Origin: Escherichia coli
Lineage (GTDB): Bacteria > Pseudomonadota > Gammaproteobacteria > Enterobacterales > Enterobacteriaceae
Length of the DNA stretch: 64,000 bases
Assembly: GCF_051903065.1 (NCBI RefSeq)
Contig: NZ_CP178438.1
Strand: one strand, 5' to 3'
This document shows, in pieces, positions 41,813 through 51,470 of this stretch (its first letter is position 1; the number at the start of each line of letters is the position of its first letter). Under the pieces are notes generated by a model. It ran no database searches, had not been told where the DNA came from, and saw only the letters and a program-made list of their open reading frames with translations. The position numbers and the translations under genes are program-made.

Positions 41813-42045
41813 CAGAGAAAGTTAGCCTGGATAATTTAAGTGTTATTGAAGAGTCTAAACTAGAGCTCGTTTCTGCGGTGCGTTACTCTGCTCAGTATGT
41901 TCCTATGTTTACTCTGACGCTGGACAAAAAAGAAATTACCATGCCTAAAAATACGGTAATATTTCCATTTGCCAGCGATGAAACAGCTAAGTATTTAAAT
42001 GAACAACAGCAAAAGTATAAAGATTCGTTGTTTCTGACTCGCTAA
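41806..42045 (+). CDS. small AT-rich hypothetical protein within tail cluster
   Basis: 79 aa ORF followed by an intrinsic terminator. Confidence 0.4.
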   Translation: MVAEKVSLDNLSVIEESKLELVSAVRYSAQYVPMFTLTLDKKEITMPKNTVIFPFASDETAKYLNEQQQKYKDSLFLTR

Positions 42046-42065
42046 TTAATAAAATTCATTACAAG

Positions 42066-42092
42066 GCCACCTTCTAATAGGTGGCTTTTTTA
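42066..42092 (+). terminator. intrinsic terminator
   Basis: GCCACCT-loop-AGGTGGC hairpin followed by TTTTTT. Confidence 0.7.
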
Positions 42093-42100
42093 TTTTCGGA

Positions 42101-43435
42101 GTGTATATGACGTGGAAAGACAGGCTTCAGGATGCGTCATTTCGAGGTGTGCCGTTTAAGGTTGAAGAAGAAAGTGCGGGAACCGGCCGTCGTGTGGAAA
42201 CACACGAATATCCGAACCGCGACAAACCCTATACCGAAGATCTGGGAAAAGTCACTTTCCGCCCGTCCATCACGGCTTATGTGGTGGGAGATGACTGCTT
42301 TGACCAGCGCGATCGCCTGATTGACGCGCTGAATAAACCCGGTCCCGGCACGCTTGTCCACCCGACATACGGTGAGTTGAAAGTCTGTGTTGACGGGGAA
42401 GTTCGGGTCAGCACATCGAAGAGTGAAGGGCGTATTGTCCGCTTTGACCTGAAGTTTGTCGAAGCGGGAGATCTCTCTTACCCCACATCAGGCGTGGCGA
42501 CGGCGCAGACGCTGATGTCATCCTGTTCTGCACTGGATGACTGCATCAGTGACAGCTTCAGCGGTTTCAGTATCGATGGCGTGGCGGATTTTGTGCAGAA
42601 CGACGTTATCGGTAATGCCAGCACAATGCTTGGGTATGTTTCTGATGCGATGAAAGTGGTGGATTCTGCCGTATCGGATGCCGCCAGGCTGTTGCAGGGT
42701 GATATCTCGGTACTTCTGCCGCCGCCATCGTCAGGCAAAAATTTCGTTGAGCAGGTGCAGAAAATGTGGCGTACCGGGAAACGCCTTTATGGTAACGCCA
42801 GCGACCTGGTCACCATGATCAAAACGCTTTCCGGTGTCAGCCTCGGCAGCGATCTGCAACCGCGCGGCGTCTGGAAAACGGACAGTAAAACCACCGCCAC
42901 GGCGACGCAGCAGCGTAACGTGGTTGCCAGCACCCTTCGTACGACCGCAATCAGCGAAGCGGCGTATGCCGTCATCCGATTGCCTGCGCCAACAACTTCC
43001 GCGGTGATGCAGAATGCCACAGTGGGGCAGGCAACAACACCCGCGCAGAGCACTGGCTGGCCTTCCGTCACGCATCCGGCACTGAACAATGCACCGGCGG
43101 TGAAAAACACGGTTGACCTGCCGACGTGGGAAGAACTGACTGACATTCGCGACACACTGAATACGGCAATTGATAAGGAGTTGTCCCGTACAACCAGCGA
43201 TGCGCTGTTTCTGGCGCTGCGCCGGGTGAAAGCAGATCTGAATGCGGATATCAACACGCGCCTTGAACAGTCTGCACGGATCATTCAGCGCACACCGGAT
43301 GAGGTTTTACCCGCGCTGGTGCTGGCGGCGACCTGGTTTGATAACGCGGCGCGTGACGCGGACATTATCCGGCGTAATGCCATTACGCATCCCGGCTTTG
43401 TGCCGGTGATCCCTCTGAAGGTGCCAGTGCAATGA
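42101..43435 (+). CDS. DNA circulation protein (Mu gpN-like)
   Basis: 444 aa, N-terminal WKDRLQDASFRGVPF motif. Confidence 0.75.
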   Translation: MYMTWKDRLQDASFRGVPFKVEEESAGTGRRVETHEYPNRDKPYTEDLGKVTFRPSITAYVVGDDCFDQRDRLIDALNKPGPGTLVHPTYGELKVCVDGEVRVSTSKSEGRIVRFDLKFVEAGDLSYPTSGVATAQTLMSSCSALDDCISDSFSGFSIDGVADFVQNDVIGNASTMLGYVSDAMKVVDSAVSDAARLLQGDISVLLPPPSSGKNFVEQVQKMWRTGKRLYGNASDLVTMIKTLSGVSLGSDLQPRGVWKTDSKTTATATQQRNVVASTLRTTAISEAAYAVIRLPAPTTSAVMQNATVGQATTPAQSTGWPSVTHPALNNAPAVKNTVDLPTWEELTDIRDTLNTAIDKELSRTTSDALFLALRRVKADLNADINTRLEQSARIIQRTPDEVLPALVLAATWFDNAARDADIIRRNAITHPGFVPVIPLKVPVQ

Positions 43436-44511
43436 ACGACAATGTCACGCTACGGGTAAATGGCCGGGAGTGGAATGGCTGGACATCGGTGCGCATCGGT
43501 GCCGGTATTGAACGGTTGGCGCGGGATTTCAGTGTGGAGATCACCCGCCAGTGGCCGGGTGATGAGGGTATTACCACGCTTCAGCCGCGCATTAAAAACG
43601 GTTCAAAAGTGGAGGTGCTGATTGGTGATGAGCTGGTGATCACCGGCTGGGTGGAGGCGACGCCCGTTCGTTACGATGCCCGTTCGGTCAGCACCGGTAT
43701 TGCCGGACGTAGTCTGACGGCTGACCTGATTGACTGTGCAGCCGAACCGACACAGTTTAACGGACGATCACTGGTACAGATTGCGCAGGCGCTTGCTGCG
43801 CCCTTCGGCATTGAGGTGGTGAACAGCAGTGCGCCGTCGGGTGTTATTCCTGATGTCCAGCCTGATCACGGTGAAACGGTGATCGAGGTGATTAACAAAA
43901 TACTCGGTCAGCAGCAGGCGCTGGCTTATGACGACCCGCACGGCAGGCTGGTGATTGGCGGTATTGGCTCAACGCGGGCACATACCGCGCTGGTACTCGG
44001 GGAAAACATCCTTTCCTGCGATACGGAGAAGAGTATCCGGGAGCGATTTTCTGTTTACCAGGTGGCGGGGCAGCGTGCCGGAAACGACGATGATTTCGGT
44101 GAGGCCACCACCACCGCGCTGCGGGCCCGCACAGAGGACGCATTTATTGCCCGTTACCGTCCGATGTATATCAGGCAGACAGGGCAGGCTACGGGGGCAG
44201 GTTGTATTGCCCGTGCGGACTTTGAAGCCCGACAACGGGCGGCGCGGACGGATGAAACCACCTATGTGGTGCAGGGCTGGCGACAGGGTAACGGTACGCT
44301 GTGGCAGCCCAACCAGCGGGTGATTGTCTTTGATCCGGTCTGTGGTTTCGACAATACCGAACTGCTTGTCTCGGAAGTCACGTTTACTCAGGACCAGAAT
44401 GGCACCCTGACGGAAATCCGTGTCGGCCCACCTGATGCTTATCTGCCTGAACCCGAAGCCCCCGGCGCGCGGAAAAAGAAAAAAGCCAGAGTACAGGAGG
44501 ACCCGTTCTGA
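43432..44511 (+). CDS. baseplate hub protein (Mu gpP / late control gene D-like)
   Basis: 359 aa in baseplate block. Confidence 0.7.
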   Translation: MNDNVTLRVNGREWNGWTSVRIGAGIERLARDFSVEITRQWPGDEGITTLQPRIKNGSKVEVLIGDELVITGWVEATPVRYDARSVSTGIAGRSLTADLIDCAAEPTQFNGRSLVQIAQALAAPFGIEVVNSSAPSGVIPDVQPDHGETVIEVINKILGQQQALAYDDPHGRLVIGGIGSTRAHTALVLGENILSCDTEKSIRERFSVYQVAGQRAGNDDDFGEATTTALRARTEDAFIARYRPMYIRQTGQATGAGCIARADFEARQRAARTDETTYVVQGWRQGNGTLWQPNQRVIVFDPVCGFDNTELLVSEVTFTQDQNGTLTEIRVGPPDAYLPEPEAPGARKKKKARVQEDPF

Positions 44512-45059
44512 TGAAGGCGATTGAAACCATACAGCGACAACTCCTCGGCCTGATTGGGCGGGCGGTGGTGAAAAGCATCAGTGCCGCCACGAAATGTCAG
44601 ACCGTGGATGTGTCCCTGATTGCCGGTGAACCCAAAGCCGGGGTTGAACATCTTGAACCCTACGGTTTTACCGCAAGGGCAAACAGCGGTGCGGAAGCGG
44701 TGGTGTTGTTTCCGGATGGTGACCGTTCTCATGCGGTGGTTGTTACGGTGTCGGACCGGCGCTACCGCCTGAAAGGGCTGCAGACGGGTGAGGTGGCTGT
44801 CTATGACGATCAGGGGCAGTCCGTGACGCTGACCCGGGCGGGGATCGTGGTGGACGGTGCAGGGAAAACGATCACGTTTCGCAATGCGCCTAAGGCTCGT
44901 TTTGAAATGGACCTGGAAGTGACCGGACAGGTGAAAGACCTGTGCGACTCCAGCGGCACCACCATGTCAGCGATGAGGCTTGCCTATAACGGGCATCGTC
45001 ACAGAGAGAACGGTCAGGGCAGTAACACCGACAAACCTGATAAAGCGATGGAGGCATGA
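44511..45059 (+). CDS. baseplate spike / assembly protein V
   Basis: 182 aa gpV-like. Confidence 0.7.
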   Translation: MKAIETIQRQLLGLIGRAVVKSISAATKCQTVDVSLIAGEPKAGVEHLEPYGFTARANSGAEAVVLFPDGDRSHAVVVTVSDRRYRLKGLQTGEVAVYDDQGQSVTLTRAGIVVDGAGKTITFRNAPKARFEMDLEVTGQVKDLCDSSGTTMSAMRLAYNGHRHRENGQGSNTDKPDKAMEA

Positions 45060-45484
45060 TGGAACTGTGGCTGACGGTGAACGGTAAACGCACCTGCGCC
45101 AGCGCACCGCTGGATCCGCTGACCCGTGCCGTGGTGATTTCCATGTTCACCTGGCGGCGGGCTGAACCTGATGACAATGCCGACGTCCCGATGGGATGGT
45201 GGGGGGATACCTGGCCTGCGGTACAGAATGACCGTTACGGCTCCCGACTGTGGCTGCTTCAGCGCAGCAAACTGACCAATCAGCTGGTGCAGACGGTAAG
45301 GGGGTATATCCGCGAATGCCTGCAATGGATGATTGATGATGGCGTGGTGTCCCGTATTGATCTGGATATCCGCCGCACCGGGATTAATGAACTGGGTAAC
45401 AGTATCACTCTCTGGCGTCGTGACGGACCGGTAATGATTTCTTTTGATGATCTGTGGAGTGCGATAACGCATGGCGGACAGTGA
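45056..45484 (+). CDS. baseplate protein (Mu gp46 / gpW-like)
   Basis: 142 aa. Confidence 0.6.
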   Translation: MMELWLTVNGKRTCASAPLDPLTRAVVISMFTWRRAEPDDNADVPMGWWGDTWPAVQNDRYGSRLWLLQRSKLTNQLVQTVRGYIRECLQWMIDDGVVSRIDLDIRRTGINELGNSITLWRRDGPVMISFDDLWSAITHGGQ

Positions 45485-46529
45485 ATTTCAGCGTCCGACG
45501 CTGGCAGAAAATATCAGTATGCTCCGTAACGATTTATTCGCCAGGCTGGATGTCAGCGACACGCTCCGGCGCATGGATGAAGACGTGCGGGCAATGGTGT
45601 ATGCGGCGGCGCTGCATACGGTTTACGGGTACATCGATTATCTGGCAATGAACATGCTGCCTGACCTGTGCGATGAGTCCTGGCTGGCGCGACATGCTGC
45701 GATGAAACGGTGTCCGCGCAAGGGGGCCACGGCTGCCAGCGGGTATATGCGCTGGGAAGGTGTCAGCGATGGCCTGAAGGTGACCGCCGGGAGTGTTATT
45801 CAGCGCGATGACCTGGTGCAGTACACGGCAACTGCCGATGCAACCAGCTCCGGTGGTGTCCTGCGCGTGCCGATCGCCTGCTCAAGTGCAGGCGCGGTCG
45901 GTAACGCTGACGACGGTACGGCATTAATCCTGGTCACGCCGGTGAATGGTCTGCCGTCTTCCGGTGTGGCTGACACCCTGACAGGCGGATTTGATACTGA
46001 AGAGCTGGAAACGTGGCGCGCCCGCGTCATTGAGCGGTATTACTGGACGCCGCAGGGCGGGGCTGACGGGGACTATGTCGTCTGGGCTAAAGAAGTGCCC
46101 GGCATTACCCGCGCATGGACATACCGTCACTGGATGGGAACGGGGACTGTCGGTGTGATGATTGCCAGCAGCGACCTGATTAATCCCATTCCGGAAGAAT
46201 CAACGGAAACGGCGGCAAGACAACATATCGGGCCACTGGCTCCGGTGGCAGGCTCTGATTTGTATGTGTTCAGGCCGGTGGCACATACGGTGGATTTTCA
46301 TATCCGCGTTACGCCGGATACACCGGAAATACGAGCCGCCATCACCGCGGAGTTGCGTTCGTTCCTGTTGCGTGATGGTTATCCGCAGGGAGAACTGAAG
46401 GTATCGCGTATCAGTGAGGCGATTTCCGGTGCAAACGGGGAATACAGCCATCAGTTGCTTGCACCGGCGGACAATATCTCCATTGCAAAAAATGAACTGG
46501 CGGTTCTGGGGACGATTTCATGGACGTGA
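45471..46529 (+). CDS. baseplate J-like protein
   Basis: 352 aa. Confidence 0.7.
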   Translation: MADSEFQRPTLAENISMLRNDLFARLDVSDTLRRMDEDVRAMVYAAALHTVYGYIDYLAMNMLPDLCDESWLARHAAMKRCPRKGATAASGYMRWEGVSDGLKVTAGSVIQRDDLVQYTATADATSSGGVLRVPIACSSAGAVGNADDGTALILVTPVNGLPSSGVADTLTGGFDTEELETWRARVIERYYWTPQGGADGDYVVWAKEVPGITRAWTYRHWMGTGTVGVMIASSDLINPIPEESTETAARQHIGPLAPVAGSDLYVFRPVAHTVDFHIRVTPDTPEIRAAITAELRSFLLRDGYPQGELKVSRISEAISGANGEYSHQLLAPADNISIAKNELAVLGTISWT

Positions 46530-47104
46530 CAAACGATGATTACATCCGTCTGTTGTCGGCACTGTTGCCCCCCGGTCCGGCGTGGTCAGCCAGCGATCCG
46601 GCGATTGCCGGTGCGGCACCTTCATTAACTCGTGCTCATCAGCGTGCGGATGCCCTGATGCGGGAGCTGGATCCGCGCACCACCACTGAACTGATAAACC
46701 GCTGGGAGCGTCTGTGCGGTCTGCCGGATGAATGTATTCCCGCAGGGACACAGACCCTTCGCCAGCGTCAGCAACGGCTGGATGCGAAGGTTAACCTGGC
46801 GGGCGGCATCAACGAGGATTTTTATCTTGCACAGCTTGCTGTCCTGGGCAGACCAGATGCCACCATCACGCGATACGACAAAAGCACGTTCACCTGCTCA
46901 TCGGCCTGTACTGACGCTGTGAACGCGCCTGAATGGCGGTATTACTGGCAGGTCAACATGCCAGCCGCCACCAACACCACCTGGATGACATGTGGCGATC
47001 CCTGTGATTCCGCACTGCGTATCTGGGGCGACACAGTTGTCGAATGTGTGCTTAACAAACTCTGCCCGTCGCATACCTACGTAATTTTTAAATATCCGGA
47101 GTAA
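46520..47104 (+). CDS. DUF2313 / YmfQ-like tail protein
   Basis: 194 aa, position before the tail fibre. Confidence 0.6.
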   Translation: MDVTNDDYIRLLSALLPPGPAWSASDPAIAGAAPSLTRAHQRADALMRELDPRTTTELINRWERLCGLPDECIPAGTQTLRQRQQRLDAKVNLAGGINEDFYLAQLAVLGRPDATITRYDKSTFTCSSACTDAVNAPEWRYYWQVNMPAATNTTWMTCGDPCDSALRIWGDTVVECVLNKLCPSHTYVIFKYPE

Positions 47105-47107
47105 TCC

Positions 47108-47833
47108 ATGCATCGTATAGACACGAAAACCGCGCAGAAGGATAAGTTCGGCGCGGGTAAGAACGGTTTTACCCGTGGTAACCCCCAGACCGGCACGCCT
47201 GCCACCGATCTGGATGATGACTACTTTGACATGTTGCAGGAGGAGCTTTGCAGCGTTGTGGAGGCGTCCGGTGCCAGCCTGGAGAAGGGGCGGCACGACC
47301 AGCTACTTACCGCGCTTCGCGCGCTGCTGTTAAGCCGCAAGAATCCGTTTGGCGATATCAAATCGGATGGCACGGTGAAAACGGCTCTCGAAAACCTTGG
47401 TTTGGGGGAAGGCTCTGCGTTGCCCGTTGGTGTACCTGTTCCGTGGCCCTCAGCCACACCGCCAGCAGGGTGGCTGAAATGTAACGGCGCAGCATTTTCT
47501 TCTGAAATGTACCCCAATCTGGCAAAGGCTTATCCTACAAATAAATTACCGGATTTACGCGGTGAGTTTATTCGTGGCTGGGATGATGGGCGTGGAGTGG
47601 ATAGTGGGCGCGCGTTATTATCAACTCAAACAGATGAATTTAAATCACATAGTCATTATTTCGAAAGAACATGGGCACAAACTGGATTTGATACAACAGG
47701 TGGATATTATCTTTTAGCCGCTGATGTTTCTGGCTCAGTAAATCAACAGAGATCCGATAGCACTAACTCGGTGGGGGGGAGAGAATCTCGCCCTCGTAAT
47801 ATTGCATTTAACTATATTGTGAGAGCTGTGTAA
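47108..47833 (+). CDS. tail fibre protein (constant N-terminus plus invertible C-terminal part)
   Basis: 241 aa; inversion crossover site lies within the gene at ~47388-47412. Confidence 0.75.
   Translation: MHRIDTKTAQKDKFGAGKNGFTRGNPQTGTPATDLDDDYFDMLQEELCSVVEASGASLEKGRHDQLLTALRALLLSRKNPFGDIKSDGTVKTALENLGLGEGSALPVGVPVPWPSATPPAGWLKCNGAAFSSEMYPNLAKAYPTNKLPDLRGEFIRGWDDGRGVDSGRALLSTQTDEFKSHSHYFERTWAQTGFDTTGGYYLLAADVSGSVNQQRSDSTNSVGGRESRPRNIAFNYIVRAV
47388..47412. repeat. inversion crossover site (gix/pix-like), left
   Basis: AAACCTTGGTTTGGG core, inverted relative to the site at 49295-49319. Confidence 0.65.
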
Positions 47834-48435
47834 TGGATAATGCTGTATTAAATAGCGAACATATTGCTACGAAGGCTGGAAATGTTACTGTTTATAACTT
47901 TGACGGTGAAACGCGAGAGTATATTTCCCCATCTATTGAATATATTGCCGTTGGTGTCGGTATTCCGGCATATTCATGTTTAGATGCTCCTGCCACACGT
48001 AAAGATGGTTATGCAATTTGCCGTTCTGCAGATTTTAACTCATGGGAATATGTGCCAGACCATCGCGGTGAAACGGTCTATAGCACTGAAACAGGAGAAT
48101 CAAAAGAAATCACAGCTCCGGGTGATTACCCTGAAAATACAACCACTATCTCCCCATTAACGCCATACGATAAATGGGATGGTGAGAAATGGGTGACCGA
48201 TACTGAAGCACAGCATAGCGCCGCAGTAGACGCGGCAGAAGCACAGCGCCAGTCACTGATTAATGCTGCAATGGCTTCCATTAGTCTGATTCAGCTGAAA
48301 TTACAGGCCGGACGGAAACTGACGCAGGCAGAAACAACCCGGCTTAACGCTGTGCTGGATTACATTGACGCGGTGATGGCAACAGATACCAGCACCGCGC
48401 CGAATGTCATCTGGCCTGAACTGCCGGAGGCGTAG
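47833..48435 (+). CDS. tail fibre assembly protein
   Basis: 200 aa, conserved C-terminus ...IDAVMATDTSTAPNVIWPELPEA. Confidence 0.8.
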   Translation: MDNAVLNSEHIATKAGNVTVYNFDGETREYISPSIEYIAVGVGIPAYSCLDAPATRKDGYAICRSADFNSWEYVPDHRGETVYSTETGESKEITAPGDYPENTTTISPLTPYDKWDGEKWVTDTEAQHSAAVDAAEAQRQSLINAAMASISLIQLKLQAGRKLTQAETTRLNAVLDYIDAVMATDTSTAPNVIWPELPEA

Positions 48436-48850
48436 GCCATTCAATATCTGGAGCACTGGAGGGATCAACCAGTTCCAGTGCGTCCAGATAATCCAGCCAT
48501 AAATTATATTGTTCCAGCTCGTCACCTTTCAGACGACCAATAGCAGCTTTGCCAGGCCACTGATGGGTATTGATGTAGGTATTGGCTTCTGAAACCAAAG
48601 ATATTTTTTTCATTTCAGCCGTCAATACCTCATCCTCTTTTGAAGGTGGTGGGGAATTAATCCATACTGGCCGTCCTGAACTGTCAGCGCCAATTTCTTT
48701 CCCTTCTGGATGCAGCCCAAGAAATTGCTCATATATTTCTCTGGTAATTTCAATAACATCATCAGGAAGCGTTCCCGCATCCTCATATTCTGGAAATAAT
48801 TCTTGCAGATAAAAACTTTTACTTCCGGGTGAAAAGAATACTGAGTTCAT
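48407..48850 (-). CDS. tail fibre assembly protein (alternative, inverted orientation)
   Basis: 147 aa with analogous C-terminus ...DPSSAPDIEWPTPP. Confidence 0.8.
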   Translation of the reverse strand: MNSVFFSPGSKSFYLQELFPEYEDAGTLPDDVIEITREIYEQFLGLHPEGKEIGADSSGRPVWINSPPPSKEDEVLTAEMKKISLVSEANTYINTHQWPGKAAIGRLKGDELEQYNLWLDYLDALELVDPSSAPDIEWPTPPAVQAR

Positions 48851-48852
48851 TC

Positions 48853-49347
48853 TTACCGTCCAATGATTAACGCTGATACGCTGGTATCTGAAGGAAAGGC
48901 TGCATTCAGTGGTTTGTCGACTTTGAACACAATCGTATTATTCCCCCTGACAGCGGCAAAAGAACAAGCCGCCGTCGCGTATGAACCTGTAATATTACTG
49001 GATACACCACCATAAGCTGTTGTTGATACCAGAGGGATAACGCCCAGCACCTTATTAGGAAATACAAAGGGCAATGTGGCTGTGGCAATATAAGACTTAT
49101 TAGAGCCTGTAATGGCATAAGCATTATCAGTCATTCCATTCATCGCCACTGGACCGCTTATACTTACAGTAACCATCTGAATGATTAGCCCGTCAGGTTG
49201 ACGAATCACAAAATTTCCATTGCCACCAGTAACCGTCCAGAAAGACATATCAGGGATTTGGTTTTCCCCGTTGCCCACATTCCGTTTTGCCGCTTCTCCC
49301 AAACCAACGTTTATGAAAATGCAGAAATAACGAGCAAATGGCATCAT
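48853..49347 (-). CDS. alternative tail fibre C-terminal segment (silent orientation)
   Basis: 164 aa Gly/Ser/Thr-rich fibre-tip-like ORF lacking its own N-terminal constant part. Confidence 0.6.
   Translation of the reverse strand: MMPFARYFCIFINVGLGEAAKRNVGNGENQIPDMSFWTVTGGNGNFVIRQPDGLIIQMVTVSISGPVAMNGMTDNAYAITGSNKSYIATATLPFVFPNKVLGVIPLVSTTAYGGVSSNITGSYATAACSFAAVRGNNTIVFKVDKPLNAAFPSDTSVSALIIGR
49295..49319. repeat. inversion crossover site (gix/pix-like), right
   Basis: CCCAAACCAACGTTT, reverse complement of the left-site core. Confidence 0.65.
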
Positions 49348-49373
49348 TCCTGCTTTTGTCAGGGAGATCTACC

Positions 49374-49928
49374 ATGCTTATTGGCTATGTACGTGTGTCA
49401 ACAAATGACCAGAACACAGATCTACAACGTAATGCGCTGAACTGTGCAGGATGCGAGCTGATTTTTGAAGACAAGATAAGCGGTACAAAGTCCGAAAGGC
49501 CGGGACTGAAAAAACTGCTCAGGACATTATCGGCAGGTGACACTCTGGTTGTCTGGAAGCTGGATCGGCTAGGGCGTAGTATGCGGCATCTGGTCATTCT
49601 GGTTGAGGAGTTGCGCGAACGTGGCGTTAATTTTCGCAGCCTGACGGATGCTATTGATACCAGCACACCGATGGGGCGTTTTTTCTTTCATGTGATGGGT
49701 GCCCTGGCTGAAATGGAACGAGAACTGATTGTTGAACGAACAAAAGCTGGACTGGAAGCTGCTCGCGCACAGGGACGAATTGGTGGACGTCGTCCCAAAC
49801 TTACACCAGAACAATGGGCGCAGGCCGGGCGATTAATTGCATCAGGCGTTCCTCGCCAGAAGGTGGCGATCATCTATGATGTTGGTATATCGACACTGTA
49901 TAAGAAGTTTCCGGTCGGAGATAAATGA
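49374..49928 (+). CDS. serine DNA invertase (Gin/Pin/Hin family)
   Basis: MLIGYVRVSTNDQNTDLQRNAL... with C-terminal HTH; adjacent to the invertible segment. Confidence 0.92.
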   Translation: MLIGYVRVSTNDQNTDLQRNALNCAGCELIFEDKISGTKSERPGLKKLLRTLSAGDTLVVWKLDRLGRSMRHLVILVEELRERGVNFRSLTDAIDTSTPMGRFFFHVMGALAEMERELIVERTKAGLEAARAQGRIGGRRPKLTPEQWAQAGRLIASGVPRQKVAIIYDVGISTLYKKFPVGDK

Positions 49929-49969
49929 AACCGTAGCACGTCGTATGCAAGATCGTGCTGCGGTTTATG
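49927..49969. repeat. hairpin-containing direct repeat, copy 1
   Basis: AAACCGTAGCACGTCGTATGCAAGATCGTGCTGCGG, imperfect copy of 50946-50987. Confidence 0.6.
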
Positions 49970-49985
49970 CTTATCACTTAAAGAC

Positions 49986-50855
<870 letters not shown>

Positions 50856-50945
50856 CTAATCCTTTGAATTTACATAGTAAAAAAGATACTTTTCCTCATA
50901 GTGTGAGCTAATTTTATGTTTCGTTTGATGATCGGACCGGTCTCA

Positions 50946-50987
50946 AAAACCGCAGGCACGTTGTATGCAAGAACGTGCTGTGGCTGG
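50946..50987. repeat. hairpin-containing direct repeat, copy 2
   Basis: AAACCGCAGGCACGTTGTATGCAAGAACGTGCTGTGG with 7-bp stem GCACGTT/AACGTGC. Confidence 0.6.
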
Positions 50988-51318
50988 CTGGTGAACTTCC
51001 AATAGTGCGAATATTGAATGATTTCTATCTGTTATAGATTTTACCGTATTTCGGCATGAATGAAACTGAATATCCTCCCACCGATTCTCCATGACTTTAC
51101 GCCACTGTCTCTAGGGCTGCTATGTGCCAGAGGCGGACGTTGTTAAAATAGAAAATATCCCAACCTTGTATGAGTCGTGCAATAATTTCGAACTTTATAC
51201 AAAGCTTTGGTTGTAAAGGTGTATAACCACAAGTGACATTAATCACATTTGTAAAGGCAAAATGCAACAAACTGAATTAGTTAATTGCGTAAATTTGAAG
51301 TTATGTTAAGGTGGTGAT

Positions 51319-51451
51319 GGTTTATGGGCAGATTTTGGGTCGCGTTTCGCGATCAGTGAAAAAAATGTCCGATAGGATTGCCTTTCAGGATCTCATGTTC
51401 CTCGCATTTCTTAAGGTTCTTGTCAAGTTTGCGTAAGAGTGCCCATAAACC
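51319..51451 (+). ncRNA. retron msr-msd non-coding RNA (a1/a2 bounded)
   Basis: 12-bp perfect inverted repeats GGTTTATGGGCA (51319-51330) and TGCCCATAAACC (51440-51451), the latter ~20 nt upstream of the RT start. Confidence 0.6.
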
Positions 51452-51470
51452 CTTTTAGAGGCGATCTAAA

